From the NCBI GenBank assembly GCA_947367565.1, contig CANBEI010000001.1, positions 4,976-68,975 on the forward strand: a stretch of 64,000 nucleotides of DNA. Direction: 5' to 3'. Positions 26,350 through 36,520 of the stretch are shown piece after piece. This DNA comes from an uncultured Candidatus Saccharibacteria bacterium. Its GTDB lineage: Bacteria; Patescibacteriota; Saccharimonadia; Saccharimonadales; Saccharimonadaceae. The position numbers and the translations under genes are program-made. The notes under the pieces are model-generated. The model did no database searches and had not been told where the DNA came from. It worked only from the letters and a program-made list of their open reading frames with translations. The stretch's first letter is position 1. The number at the start of each line of letters is the position of its first letter.

Positions 26350-26769
26350 TTAAAGTTCCTCACACCAAATCAGCTCGCCATCAGAATCACGGCATTCCAC
26401 TTTTGCTTCAGCAATATAGAGCAGTTGAAAATCTGGGTTATCGAGCGTATAGCCCGCTTCTTCCGCCCAATCAAATTCCGCGAGAACCGCCTTCTTTGCG
26501 CCTAGGTTGTCGCTATCATCCAGTAAGCGACAGGTAATCCTGATCCAGTTTTCGCCATCATAAGCCACAATACAGGCGTGATTATTCTCAGCCAGTTGTT
26601 TCGATACGGACTTATTTTTCATCGTCATGGCGTATATTTTTCCGCCATATAATACCGGGTCGCCAAACGGGCGACAAGTCGGTAAACTTTTATCTAAAGT
26701 CGAGACATAGTTTACTGGTTCGCCGTTTACCTTGGCTCTATTCTTTAGGAAATCGAAAGTTCTATTCAT
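26350..26769 (-). CDS. Pyridoxamine 5'-phosphate oxidase-like small protein
   Basis: 139-aa ORF overlapping the upstream gene by 4 nt. The fold assignment is weak, based on overall pattern only. Confidence 0.45.
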   Translation of the reverse strand: MNRTFDFLKNRAKVNGEPVNYVSTLDKSLPTCRPFGDPVLYGGKIYAMTMKNKSVSKQLAENNHACIVAYDGENWIRITCRLLDDSDNLGAKKAVLAEFDWAEEAGYTLDNPDFQLLYIAEAKVECRDSDGELIWCEEL

Positions 26770-27026
26770 TTATTCCCTCCACATTCACGCACACTTTTAA
26801 TATCCTGCAATTCAAAACGATATTTTTGCGTCGCTTCGGGATGCTTCGTGCGGTCAACTTCGGAAACAAACATATCGTATGGGCGAATATATAACGCATT
26901 ATCGCCATACAACGCGCGATAGACGACATATTTTTCTTTGGTCTCGCTATGAGTGGCGATATCTTCTACGAGATACAGGTCGCCCTTGAAATGTTTATAG
27001 ATACGCTTAACTTTTATCTCATTCAC
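26766..27026 (-). CDS. DUF1653 domain protein
   Basis: [34 protein letters not shown] is characteristic of DUF1653. Confidence 0.7.
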   Translation of the reverse strand: MNEIKVKRIYKHFKGDLYLVEDIATHSETKEKYVVYRALYGDNALYIRPYDMFVSEVDRTKHPEATQKYRFELQDIKSVRECGGNK

Positions 27027-27576
27027 TTATCTGTTCCTCCATTAGTTTAATGATCGCATCATAAAATGGCTGGCGATTTACCATTACGCCAGCACTAATC
27101 ATTTCCTTAAATTCATCCAATGTAGCTAATTTGACAGCTTGGACTTCACTAATCTGCAGAGTTAGGTTTTTGATGTTAATCTCTGGAATCCGGACAACGA
27201 AACAATCAAAAATTTGACGGTCGATAATTTGTTGATTGTCATACACGGGCTTGCTAGTTTTTTGATAACTTATGACATGCGTCAAGTCTTCCGGCTGTAT
27301 TTGAATACCAACCTCTTCAGCAGTCTCACGCAGAGCGGTAGTAAGCGTATCCTCGCCAGCGTCGACATGGCCGGCAGCAGCAATGTCCCATTTTTCGGGA
27401 TTAGTTATCTTGGTTCTGCTGCGCTGTTGTAGGAGAATTCGATTTTCGGAATCGATAATCGCAACAGCTGCAATTTTATGCCATAATCCTTCTCGGTGAA
27501 CCTCGTCGCGCGTAGCTACGCGCCCAGTTTTAATTCCATGCTCGTCCAAGACGTCAATCATTTCCGACATTGACAC
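27019..27576 (-). CDS. NUDIX hydrolase
   Basis: Nudix box [23 protein letters not shown]. Confidence 0.85.
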   Translation of the reverse strand: MSMSEMIDVLDEHGIKTGRVATRDEVHREGLWHKIAAVAIIDSENRILLQQRSRTKITNPEKWDIAAAGHVDAGEDTLTTALRETAEEVGIQIQPEDLTHVISYQKTSKPVYDNQQIIDRQIFDCFVVRIPEINIKNLTLQISEVQAVKLATLDEFKEMISAGVMVNRQPFYDAIIKLMEEQISE

Positions 27577-27682
27577 CTCCTCGCTAAGTCCGATTGTTCT
27601 CTACTGACAGTAGAGAACAAGACTAGTCTTGTTCGTAAACTCATAAACTCTCCGATTATTTACTCTATTATAACATCTAGGG

Positions 27683-28087
27683 CTATGATTTCTTGCGATA
27701 ATTCTTCACAGCTTCGGCCAACGCCTCGTGACCCAGCACGGAACAGTGGAACTTATGCTGCGGCAGTCCGCCGAGGAATTCGGCGATTTCTTCCGGGCCA
27801 ATCTTCAACGCCTCGTCCAAAGTTTTGCCCTTCGCCAACTCAGACAACGCAGAAGTCGAAGCAATCGCGCTCGCGCAACCATAGGTCTTCCATTTCACGT
27901 CGACAATCTTATCATTCTCAACCCGAATAAACATTTTCATCTGGTCACCGCATATTGGATTTCCGACAATCCCCTCTGCATCATGTTCATACTTGTTTTC
28001 GTCGCCCATCAGAAAATTAAGCGGATTCAAAAAATGTTCTTTGACAACCTCCGAATAAACCCAACCTTCGCGATCAGTATTATCCAT
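27683..28087 (-). CDS. Fe-S cluster scaffold protein, IscU/NifU N-terminal type
   Basis: GNPICGDQM, YGCASAIAS and HCSVLG conserved cysteines. Confidence 0.9.
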   Translation of the reverse strand: MDNTDREGWVYSEVVKEHFLNPLNFLMGDENKYEHDAEGIVGNPICGDQMKMFIRVENDKIVDVKWKTYGCASAIASTSALSELAKGKTLDEALKIGPEEIAEFLGGLPQHKFHCSVLGHEALAEAVKNYRKKS

Positions 28088-28088
28088 A

Positions 28089-29225
28089 TTATGCTCCCAC
28101 CTTTATCGTACTCATGCCTTGTAATTTTCGTATGATTCCCGGTAGCACAGCCATAACTCTTTCAATATCCTCTTTCGTAGTGTCTAGCCCCAAACTCAAC
28201 CGAATACTGCTATGCGCTACTTCGGCGTCATGTCGCGCCGCCATCATGACATGACTTGGCTTGATATCGCCTGCCGCGCAAGCGCTACCAGTGCTAACGC
28301 AAATCCCCTCGGCGTCGAGATATAGCTGAATGCTTTCACCCTCAGCCGCCTGAAAACTCATATTCAAAATCCCGGGCAGGCAACCTTCATCTGGACTGTT
28401 GCAGCTACTATACGGTACTTCCGCGAGAATCCTTCGCTTCAACTCATTTTTCAATTTCGTCACTTCGGCCCATTTCCGGCAACTCCACTCTTCCCAGCAC
28501 CACCTGGCCGCCGCGCCCAGTCCGACAATACCCAAGATATTACTCGTACCGGCCCGCCGACCTTCTTCCTGCTTACCGCCGTACATCAAATTGCGATACG
28601 GCACTCCATTCTTTACATACAACACGCCAGCGCCAATCGGTCCGCCAATTTTGTGCGCAGAGAAACTTAAATAGTCGACGCCTAATTCCTTTACATCAAC
28701 CTTAATCTTCCCAACCGCCTGCGTAGCGTCAGTATGTACATAAGTGTTGTATTTTTTACAACACTTTACGTATTCCTTAATCGGCTCAATCGTTCCCAGC
28801 TCGTTATTCGCAAGCATAACCGACACTAGGTCCGCTATTTTCGCTTCCTTTTCAATATCTACCGTATCAACTCTTCCCCACCGGTCGACCGGCAGCACGA
28901 CCAGCTCTCCGGCTCGCGCGCGAGCCGCCTCTAGTACAGATGGATGCTCTACGCTGCTCGTCACAATCCGCTTACCGCGAAAAATCTCCATGACGGTGTT
29001 GTTCGCCTCGGTGCCGCCAGACGTAAAAATGATTTCTTCTGACTCAGCATTAATTAGTCGCGCAACCCGTACACGAGCCTCTTCAATGAGCTTTTTCGCA
29101 TTCCAACCCTCGTAGTGCAAAGCCGCCGCATTCCCCAGCTCTGCGTCCATAGCATCCAGCATCGCTTGCTTGACGCATGGTAGCATCTTTTCGGTCGCCG
29201 CATTATCCAGATAGACTCTTCGCAC
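28089..29225 (-). CDS. Cysteine desulfurase (NifS/IscS class)
   Basis: SFSAHKIGGPIGAGVLYV PLP-lysine motif and C-terminal STGSACA active-site Cys. GTG start. Confidence 0.9.
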   Translation of the reverse strand: MRRVYLDNAATEKMLPCVKQAMLDAMDAELGNAAALHYEGWNAKKLIEEARVRVARLINAESEEIIFTSGGTEANNTVMEIFRGKRIVTSSVEHPSVLEAARARAGELVVLPVDRWGRVDTVDIEKEAKIADLVSVMLANNELGTIEPIKEYVKCCKKYNTYVHTDATQAVGKIKVDVKELGVDYLSFSAHKIGGPIGAGVLYVKNGVPYRNLMYGGKQEEGRRAGTSNILGIVGLGAAARWCWEEWSCRKWAEVTKLKNELKRRILAEVPYSSCNSPDEGCLPGILNMSFQAAEGESIQLYLDAEGICVSTGSACAAGDIKPSHVMMAARHDAEVAHSSIRLSLGLDTTKEDIERVMAVLPGIIRKLQGMSTIKVGA

Positions 29226-29239
29226 TTAATATTACCTTT

Positions 29240-29332
29240 CTATAGTCCCAAAAACTCTTCAATCCTTGCTTGCATCACGGCTTCGGATAGTTCAGTCTTA
29301 TTTTCAACATTCTGCTCTTCACTTTTATCCAT
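29240..29332 (-). CDS. Candidate 30-aa acidic micro-ORF between folA and the cysteine desulfurase gene
   Basis: Below the ORF-track threshold. My translation is MDKSEEQNVENKTELSEAVMQARIEEFLGL. GGAGG sits inside the folA 3' end, and the ATG begins 1 nt after the folA TAG. Confidence 0.3.
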   Translation of the reverse strand: MDKSEEQNVENKTELSEAVMQARIEEFLGL

Positions 29333-29333
29333 T

Positions 29334-29810
29334 CTACCTCCTTGTATATTCAACGATTTCATATTTAGCCCCGTCATATTCGCTATCTTGTATTATTTCG
29401 CGATGCCACTTACTTTTGTCGAACTCTGGAAACAGCGTATCCGCCGGCTTCACACCATCCACCTCGGTCAGATAAATTTTCTCGGCTGCTGGTAAAAACA
29501 TTTCATACAAGCTCGCGCCACCGATCACGAATTTCTTCCCCGATACTGTCTTTAGCGTATCTTCTAGCTCTTCGCGCGTGCACCACTCAACATCCGCGCT
29601 CTCGCCTTTCCGGCTCGACAGCACGATATTGCGTCTCCCCGGCAACGCTCGTCCAATACTTTCAAAAGTTTTGCGTCCCATAATCACCGTACTGCCTTTG
29701 GTCGTCTCGCGAAAGAACTTCATATCCTCGGGAATATGCCAAAGCAGCCCACCGTCTTTACCTAGTCCACCGTCCTTACTTACGCAAGCAATCATGTATA
29801 AATCTTTCAT
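29334..29810 (-). CDS. folA: Dihydrofolate reductase
   Basis: LWHIPEDMKFFRETTKGSTVIMGRKTFESIG...LPGRRNIVLS. Confidence 0.9.
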   Translation of the reverse strand: MKDLYMIACVSKDGGLGKDGGLLWHIPEDMKFFRETTKGSTVIMGRKTFESIGRALPGRRNIVLSSRKGESADVEWCTREELEDTLKTVSGKKFVIGGASLYEMFLPAAEKIYLTEVDGVKPADTLFPEFDKSKWHREIIQDSEYDGAKYEIVEYTRR

Positions 29811-30301
29811 TATTCTTGCCTCAAAATCTTTCCTGTACCATATTCTAAATGTAGCAACCTCTGATTCCTCGACCCGCGGAACTTCAGCGTCAAATCACGC
29901 TCGGCCAGGATGAACGGACCGTCAATCAAAGCATCAAGACTTTTCAGAAATTCCCATTTCGCACCGCCGGCCTCTTTTAGCTGCTCATAGGTATAGCCGC
30001 TAAAACTCCAGACATTCCAGCTTAGTTCCTTGCGGCACCATTCGCTCAGCTCGAGACACGCCTCAGGTTGTTCAAATGGTTCACCGCCGCAGAAAGTAAT
30101 TCCAGTCTGGCCTTTGAATTCACGCAACTTTTGCTTCACCTCATCAACTTCTACTAACACTCCAGCGTTAAAGTCCCAAGTTTCGGGATTCTGGCATCCC
30201 ATACAATGGCGAGCGCAACCCTGGGTCCAGAGCACGGCCCGAAGGCCGTACCCGTTGACGATGTTGTCGCGCTCTAGTGGACCAGAAAGTCGAATCTGCA
30301 C
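29810..30301 (-). CDS. nrdG: Anaerobic ribonucleoside-triphosphate reductase activating protein (radical SAM)
   Basis: GCARHCMGCQNPETW cluster motif. Start overlaps the nrdD stop. Confidence 0.85.
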   Translation of the reverse strand: MQIRLSGPLERDNIVNGYGLRAVLWTQGCARHCMGCQNPETWDFNAGVLVEVDEVKQKLREFKGQTGITFCGGEPFEQPEACLELSEWCRKELSWNVWSFSGYTYEQLKEAGGAKWEFLKSLDALIDGPFILAERDLTLKFRGSRNQRLLHLEYGTGKILRQE

Positions 30302-32664
30302 TACTTCTTCCCCGTCATTGTTTTTTGCGTGCGTTTAGCGGCTTCACGCTTACTCTTCTCTTCTACGCTATACACGCCGTTCAGATTACATTTCACGTCA
30401 TGCTTCACGCGGTCATGTTCCTCGGCTTTCTTACCGTCATTCCAACGCTCGAGGCTACCTACTAGGTATCCAGTAATCCTTCTTAGTCTTTCGAATGGTA
30501 CATCACCCTCACTCTCAATCCGGCCACAGCTTGGGCACCTATCGCCCTCAATAATCCCTGAATAGCCGCAAACTGGGTCGCGGTCGACTGGGTGGTTGAC
30601 GGAACCGTAGCCAATACCGCTTTCTTTCATCTTGCGAATCACCGCTTCAAATGCTTCGATATTGTCGCTCGGGTCGCCATCAAGTTCGATATATGTAATA
30701 TGTCCAGCGTTACAAAGAGCATGATACGGAGCCTCGATCTCAATCTTTTCAAAGGCGCCAATCGGATAATACACCGGGACATGGAAACTATTAGTATAGT
30801 AGTCGCGCGTATTGACACCCTCGATCGGCCCATATTCCTTACGGTCAATCTTAGTAAACCGACCAGCCAAGCCTTCCGCTGGAGTCGCGAGTAGCGTAAA
30901 GTTCAGCTTATATTTCTTGCTATAAGCGTCGCATTTCTCGCGCATATGAGTAATAATATCAAGACCGAGCTCACGTGATTCCTCATCTTCGCCGTGATGT
31001 TTGCCAGTCATCGCCACCAAGCATTCCGCTAAGCCGATGAATCCAATACTCAAGGTACCATGCTTAATTACGTCGCGCAAAGTATCATTCCAGCCTAGCT
31101 TTTCGCTACCGAACCAGTTACCTTCACCCATGAGGAATGGGAAGTTGCGAACGTGCTGATTAGCTTGGAACTCATACCGCTCCAGCAATTCGCCAGCGAC
31201 CAGATCCATCTTCTCGTCAAGTTCTTTGTAAAACCCGGACCAGTCAGCTTCCTTACGCTCACCAAGCGCGATACCGTGCTTAATACCGAGACGTACAAGG
31301 TTAATCGTCGTAAAGCTAAGGTTTCCGCGTCCAGTTGCGATGCCATTACTCTCCGGGAAAATGCTACCGAAGACACGCGTACGGCAACCCATAGTTGCGA
31401 TTTCCGTACGATAATCACCTGGCTTGTAATCCTTCAAGTTGAACGGTGCGTCGATAAAGACAAAGTTCGGGAACAAGCGCTTCGCGCTGACTTCCATACT
31501 CTTCTTAAACAAGTCATAGTTCGGGTCTTCAGGGTTGTAGTTCACGCCTTCCTTGACCTTGAAAATTGAAATCGGGAAAATTGGAGTTTCACCGTGACCA
31601 AGACCGTCCTCGGTCGCTTCAAGCAGACACTTGCTGACTAATCGACCCGCCGGAGTCACATCAGTGCCGAAGTTAATACTAGTGAACGGTACCTGCGCAC
31701 CGGCACGACTGTGCATAGTGTTCAAATTATGGATAAAGCCCTCCATGGCTTGGAAAGTCTGACGCTCAACGTCTTCGTTCGCGCTCTCGATAATATCGGC
31801 CGGAAGCTTCAGCTTCTTTAGCGCCTTCTCATCACCATATTCCAGATTCTCCGGGATCTTAACCGTCAATTCTTTGTTGCCACTAAAGCGGTTGTACTGC
31901 CTAATAGCTCGGTTCAGCGCCTTGCGGAAGCTCTTGTTGACGCCTGGTGCCATGGCGTAATCGAAGTTCGGAATACTCTGACCACCATGCTGTTCATTCT
32001 GGTTCGCCTGAAGAATAATAGCTGCGAGCGCACCATAGCTACCAATGCTATTCGGCGTGCGGAGATGCCCGTGCCCGGTATTAAAACCGCCATCTGCGAA
32101 TAGCTGTAATGGATCGGTCTGGCAGCAAGTTAGCGTACCGGTCGCATAAAAGTCCAGGTCATGAACGTGAATCTCGCCGTCATCATGAGCCTTAGCATAT
32201 TCTGGTTTCATCAAAATCGTCTTCGCAAAAATCTTCGAACCTTCGGCGCCGAATTGAAGCATTTTACCCATCGCACTATTTCCGTCGACGTTAGCATTAC
32301 TACGCTTTACATCTGAATCTTCGGAGGCATCGGCAATTGCAATAGTTTTGTAAATATTCATCAAGTTGCTTTTCGCTTCGCGAATACGGTTACGCTCTTG
32401 ACGATAAGTAATATATTCCTTCGCTGTCTTCTTGAAGGCCGATTCCATCAGGACTTCTTCAACGATATCTTGGATCTGTTCGACGCTGGGAGTGCGTTGC
32501 TTGATAGTTTCGGTCGCACGTTTGACAGCCTTATCGGAGAGTTGCTTCGCGCGGTCGTATTTGAATTCCTCGGTAACTAAACCGGCTTTCGCAATCGCTT
32601 CAGTAATTTTTTCAGGATCAAAATTCGCTATTTTCCCATCCCGCTTGACAATTTTTTTGAACAT
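30301..32664 (-). CDS. nrdD: Anaerobic ribonucleoside-triphosphate reductase
   Basis: N-terminal ATP-cone, Zn-ribbon CPSCG and glycyl-radical region RRITGYLVG. Confidence 0.9.
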   Translation of the reverse strand: MFKKIVKRDGKIANFDPEKITEAIAKAGLVTEEFKYDRAKQLSDKAVKRATETIKQRTPSVEQIQDIVEEVLMESAFKKTAKEYITYRQERNRIREAKSNLMNIYKTIAIADASEDSDVKRSNANVDGNSAMGKMLQFGAEGSKIFAKTILMKPEYAKAHDDGEIHVHDLDFYATGTLTCCQTDPLQLFADGGFNTGHGHLRTPNSIGSYGALAAIILQANQNEQHGGQSIPNFDYAMAPGVNKSFRKALNRAIRQYNRFSGNKELTVKIPENLEYGDEKALKKLKLPADIIESANEDVERQTFQAMEGFIHNLNTMHSRAGAQVPFTSINFGTDVTPAGRLVSKCLLEATEDGLGHGETPIFPISIFKVKEGVNYNPEDPNYDLFKKSMEVSAKRLFPNFVFIDAPFNLKDYKPGDYRTEIATMGCRTRVFGSIFPESNGIATGRGNLSFTTINLVRLGIKHGIALGERKEADWSGFYKELDEKMDLVAGELLERYEFQANQHVRNFPFLMGEGNWFGSEKLGWNDTLRDVIKHGTLSIGFIGLAECLVAMTGKHHGEDEESRELGLDIITHMREKCDAYSKKYKLNFTLLATPAEGLAGRFTKIDRKEYGPIEGVNTRDYYTNSFHVPVYYPIGAFEKIEIEAPYHALCNAGHITYIELDGDPSDNIEAFEAVIRKMKESGIGYGSVNHPVDRDPVCGYSGIIEGDRCPSCGRIESEGDVPFERLRRITGYLVGSLERWNDGKKAEEHDRVKHDVKCNLNGVYSVEEKSKREAAKRTQKTMTGKK

Positions 32665-32744
32665 AAAAAATATTACCTCCTCTTTGTACCTAGTGATATT
32701 TTTATTTTTAATTATTATTAATTGTTATTGATTGTAATTGTCTG

Positions 32745-32794
32745 ACGCTATATGTAGTGTCTATATTTATTTTAAGACACTAGATGTGGGGTGT
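32745..32794. promoter_or_regulatory. Two NrdR-box-like palindromes
   Basis: ACGCTATATGTAGTGT (32745-32760) and ACACTAGATGTGGGGTGT (32777-32794) resemble the NrdR consensus acaCwAtATaTwGtgt. Their centres are about three helical turns apart. Confidence 0.55.
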
Positions 32795-32797
32795 CAA
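32769..32797 (-). promoter_or_regulatory. nrdD promoter TTGACA-17-TAAAAT
   Basis: Minus strand TTGACA (32797-32792) and TAAAAT (32774-32769). NrdR box 2 occupies the spacer. Confidence 0.55.
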
Positions 32798-32868
32798 TGT
32801 AAAATGTGTTGTATTAATTACAACGAAATTGTTTATGCTTAAACGGCTATTAAAGGTACTTTGCTTGG

Positions 32869-35409
32869 TTATTCTTGGCGCTGGAATTTCTTGTACAGTT
32901 CGATTACTACAAGCGGCGCCACGAAGGCAACTAGAGCCGTCGCGATAATTGCGATTAGTGGCGTTGCGACCGTACCAGCGAGGACGGCAAGCGGGCCGAA
33001 AATTGCCGAGATCTGGAGTAAGACTGCAACTAGCAGCGCCCACCAGAAACCATGATGGCGCACTTTAAGGCGCCGCCAAGCCGACTCATAAAGCCCGCGC
33101 GCTGAAATCGCGCTGCTCCACTGCATAACAACTAAAGCCGTGAAGGCAAGTGTATTAGCCTGTTCCGCTGAACCAAGGACGAGTTTCGCAATGAAATACG
33201 TACCAAGAGTCATACCCGACATCAATACAGCAATAATAATCATGCGAATTACCATACTAGTCGGTAAAATCGGGGCGTCTTTCGGCTGCGGCTTACGACG
33301 CAAAATTTGCGACTCGTCTGGTTCGAGACCGAGAGGAATCACGAGTAGCGAATCGGTGACGAGGTTAATCCAAAGGATTTGAATCGGAGTCAGCATTTGC
33401 TCGCCGAAAAGCACGAGTGAGCCGATCATCGTCAGAGCCTCGCCGGCATTGGTCGCGAGGAGATAACCGAGCATACGTCGGATATTAGCTAAGACCGTCC
33501 GACTCTCGCGGATCGCCTCCGTAATATTTTTGAAGTTATTATCCAGAAGGACAATGTCTCCAGCGTCTTGGACGACTGATGGACTATCGCCCATCGCAAT
33601 CCCGACATGAGCACCGACGAGAGCTGGAACGTCATTAACGCCATCGCCGGTCATCGCACAAATTTCGCTCTGTTTGATCGCATTCAAAATACGGAATTTA
33701 TCTTCTGGTGTCACACGAGCGAAAACTGTCACCGATTTTACCATATCAGTCAAATCCTCGTCGGCGATATTGCCTAATCTTGAACAGTCAAGAACTTCGG
33801 AAATGTCGTGCGCTAGACCAAGCTCGCGACCAATCGCATACGCCGTACCAGCGTGGTCGCCGGTGACCATCTTCGTCTTCACGCCCATCTTGGCGTTTTG
33901 CTTGATGGCGCGGGCAGCCTCGGGGCGAATAGCATCGGCAATCGCAATAAAGCCTTCAAACTGGAACCTATCATCTTTGCTTAACCGACCAAGTTCGTTG
34001 ATTTCACTGTTGATTTGACCGCTGGCAATAGCGACGACTTTGTAACCCTTACCGGCAAGTTCATTTAGCTTCAGTTCGATCTTCTCACGCTCAGCAGCTG
34101 TAAGCCTAGAACGATTGATAATCGTCTCCGGTGCACCCTTCACCGCAAGTTCAAGTTTGCCATCTTCGCCGCGGTACAAATTACCAGAAAGTTTCAAACC
34201 TTGGTCGAAGGCATAAGAACGTAACGGTTCGAGTTTATTGCAATCAAGTTTCCAACTAGCGAGATAACTAATAATCGAAACGTCGAGCGGGTCAGCCGGA
34301 GTCGAGCCACCCTCGGCATCAATCAGTGTCGCTTCGCAAAGGGCCGTACGAGCGAGATGTTTGCGAAAATTCGCAGCGCCACTAGGCGACCAAACTTCGC
34401 GTAGCTCCAGTCGATTCTCGGTCAGAGTGCCGGTTTTATCGCTGGCAATCGTCGTCACGATGCCGATTGATTCAATCGCTTTCAGTTCCTTAATTAAAGC
34501 CTGCTTGCGCGCCATGCGCTTCGCACAGAGCGCCAAAATAATCGAGATCGCAATCGGTAATCCTTCCGGCACGGCCGAGACAATCATGGCAAGCATAAAT
34601 TTCAACGCACTGAAAATTTCAATCCCATCGACTAATTGCACAACGAGGACGATAATTGCTAGAACAACAACTACGATAGCAATCTTGACAACGAGCTGAT
34701 TAATTTTTTCGGAAATCGGGCTACTTTCTTCCACCGAGGAAGCGAGCGAAGCGATACGGCCATACTCAGTGTCATCACCAGTTGCCGTGACAACGAATCG
34801 TCCGCTACCGGTTAGGACGAAAGATCCAGAAAAGACCATATTGCGCTGCTCGTAGACTTTTTTCATGCCAGAAATCGCACGAGCATCCTTGGCAATTGCT
34901 TCGGATTCGCCGGTCAGCATTGCCTCGTCGGCTAGCAGTCCAGATTCTTTAACAATGCGCCCGTCGGCCGGAATCCGATCACCCTCGCGCAAAATCACGA
35001 TGTCACCCGGTACAAGTTCAGATGCATCCAGCGCCTGCTCTGTGCCGTCGCGAATTACAGCAACGGCCTGCTTCGTACTGTTTTGTAGCGAACGAAGAAT
35101 ACGGTCAGTCGAGAAGCGCTGAATATAATATATAGCGGTGTCAGCAATGATAATAACTCCAATCGCAATCGTCTCAATCCAGTCCTGCTGCACTGCCGAC
35201 AGAATAAAAGCGGCGACCAAAATCACCATGAAGACATCCAAAAACGGTTCGATTAACTTGCGCCAAAGCGGAGTTTCGCGAACATGAAGCGAATTTTTAC
35301 CATATTTTTCTTGGCGTTTTAAAACTTCCTTCTCGGTAAGGCCAATTTCAGGATCGACGGAAAAATCCGCCAAGGTTGCTTTTACGGTCTGATTATAAAA
35401 ATTCGTCAT
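32869..35409 (-). CDS. P-type cation-transporting ATPase (type II, Ca2+/Mg2+-like)
   Basis: DKTGTLT phosphorylation motif, TGDGVNDVPAL and TGES. 846 aa. Confidence 0.9.
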   Translation of the reverse strand: MTNFYNQTVKATLADFSVDPEIGLTEKEVLKRQEKYGKNSLHVRETPLWRKLIEPFLDVFMVILVAAFILSAVQQDWIETIAIGVIIIADTAIYYIQRFSTDRILRSLQNSTKQAVAVIRDGTEQALDASELVPGDIVILREGDRIPADGRIVKESGLLADEAMLTGESEAIAKDARAISGMKKVYEQRNMVFSGSFVLTGSGRFVVTATGDDTEYGRIASLASSVEESSPISEKINQLVVKIAIVVVVLAIIVLVVQLVDGIEIFSALKFMLAMIVSAVPEGLPIAISIILALCAKRMARKQALIKELKAIESIGIVTTIASDKTGTLTENRLELREVWSPSGAANFRKHLARTALCEATLIDAEGGSTPADPLDVSIISYLASWKLDCNKLEPLRSYAFDQGLKLSGNLYRGEDGKLELAVKGAPETIINRSRLTAAEREKIELKLNELAGKGYKVVAIASGQINSEINELGRLSKDDRFQFEGFIAIADAIRPEAARAIKQNAKMGVKTKMVTGDHAGTAYAIGRELGLAHDISEVLDCSRLGNIADEDLTDMVKSVTVFARVTPEDKFRILNAIKQSEICAMTGDGVNDVPALVGAHVGIAMGDSPSVVQDAGDIVLLDNNFKNITEAIRESRTVLANIRRMLGYLLATNAGEALTMIGSLVLFGEQMLTPIQILWINLVTDSLLVIPLGLEPDESQILRRKPQPKDAPILPTSMVIRMIIIAVLMSGMTLGTYFIAKLVLGSAEQANTLAFTALVVMQWSSAISARGLYESAWRRLKVRHHGFWWALLVAVLLQISAIFGPLAVLAGTVATPLIAIIATALVAFVAPLVVIELYKKFQRQE

Positions 35410-35451
35410 AAGATTAGTATAAGGGTGATGGAGAGTTTTGTCTACCAGCGG

Positions 35452-36405
35452 CTATTCCTTGATAAAGTCAACGATGTCCGACCAAACTTGCTGTTTATCC
35501 TTTTCATTCAAAATCTCATGACGCATGCCGGGATAAAGTTTGCTCTTCACGTCACGATAACCGCGGTCGCGCATAAAATCAACTGCCTTCTGAAAATCTT
35601 TTTGACTGATAATGCAGGGGTCGTTCGCGCCGGCGATGAAGAAAATTGGCAAATCGGGGCGGTCAACTTTCCAGCCGGATTTACTATAGGCGGTTTTCAT
35701 AAGGCTAAATAGATTCTCAAAACCGTTGAGCGTAAAGACGAAGCCGTCGCGCGCGTCAGCGTCATAGGCCGCCACAACTTCCGGGTCACTGACGATCCAG
35801 GAGTTTTCGCTAGGGTAGTGCTTAGCAAGACTGACAGTTTCGCCGTTCTGACGAGCGAGCTTGGCAGACCTTTCGTTATATCCGCTAAAGGACAAGTTTT
35901 GAACAAGTGGGCTGCGATAGTGTTCGCCCTTGAGAGCTTTTAATAGTTTGACCACGAGACGCCCAGCGCCGGCTCCGAAGCGTTTGCTTGGTGAGCCGCA
36001 GACGATGAGCCGATCGATATCGGCGTCGTATTTTTTCGTATAGCAACGCACAATTAGTGAGCCCATACTATGACCAAAAAGTGTCAGAGGCAGTCCGGGA
36101 AAACGCTCACGTAGATAAAGTGTAAGTTGATGTACGTCGTCAACAATTCCCTGCGCGCCCTCCTGATAAAAATAACCATAATCTGTTTCGGACTTAACGC
36201 TGGCACCATGGCCACGATGGTCATGAATCAAAACAATAAAACCTTGCGCCGCACAGTAATCCATAAAATCATGATAGCGTTCGCGATGTTCCGCCATACC
36301 GTGTACTAACTGTAAAATCCCGATTGGGTGTTCTGGAATGCGCAGGCTGACGCCCAATTCGAGACCATCGTGCTGACTTCTAATTGTAAATTCTTCAACT
36401 TTCAT
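35452..36405 (-). CDS. Alpha/beta hydrolase (lysophospholipase / monoacylglycerol lipase-like)
   Basis: HGMAEHRERY and nucleophile elbow GHSMGS. Confidence 0.8.
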   Translation of the reverse strand: MKVEEFTIRSQHDGLELGVSLRIPEHPIGILQLVHGMAEHRERYHDFMDYCAAQGFIVLIHDHRGHGASVKSETDYGYFYQEGAQGIVDDVHQLTLYLRERFPGLPLTLFGHSMGSLIVRCYTKKYDADIDRLIVCGSPSKRFGAGAGRLVVKLLKALKGEHYRSPLVQNLSFSGYNERSAKLARQNGETVSLAKHYPSENSWIVSDPEVVAAYDADARDGFVFTLNGFENLFSLMKTAYSKSGWKVDRPDLPIFFIAGANDPCIISQKDFQKAVDFMRDRGYRDVKSKLYPGMRHEILNEKDKQQVWSDIVDFIKE

Positions 36406-36520
36406 AAAAACTCCTTGGAATCATTTTAGCACAACAGGTTCACAAAACTCAGACTTGTCGATCAATGAAAATCGTACTATAATCGTTTTAACCATTACAA
36501 GTAAGGTTCGAGGAGGTAGA

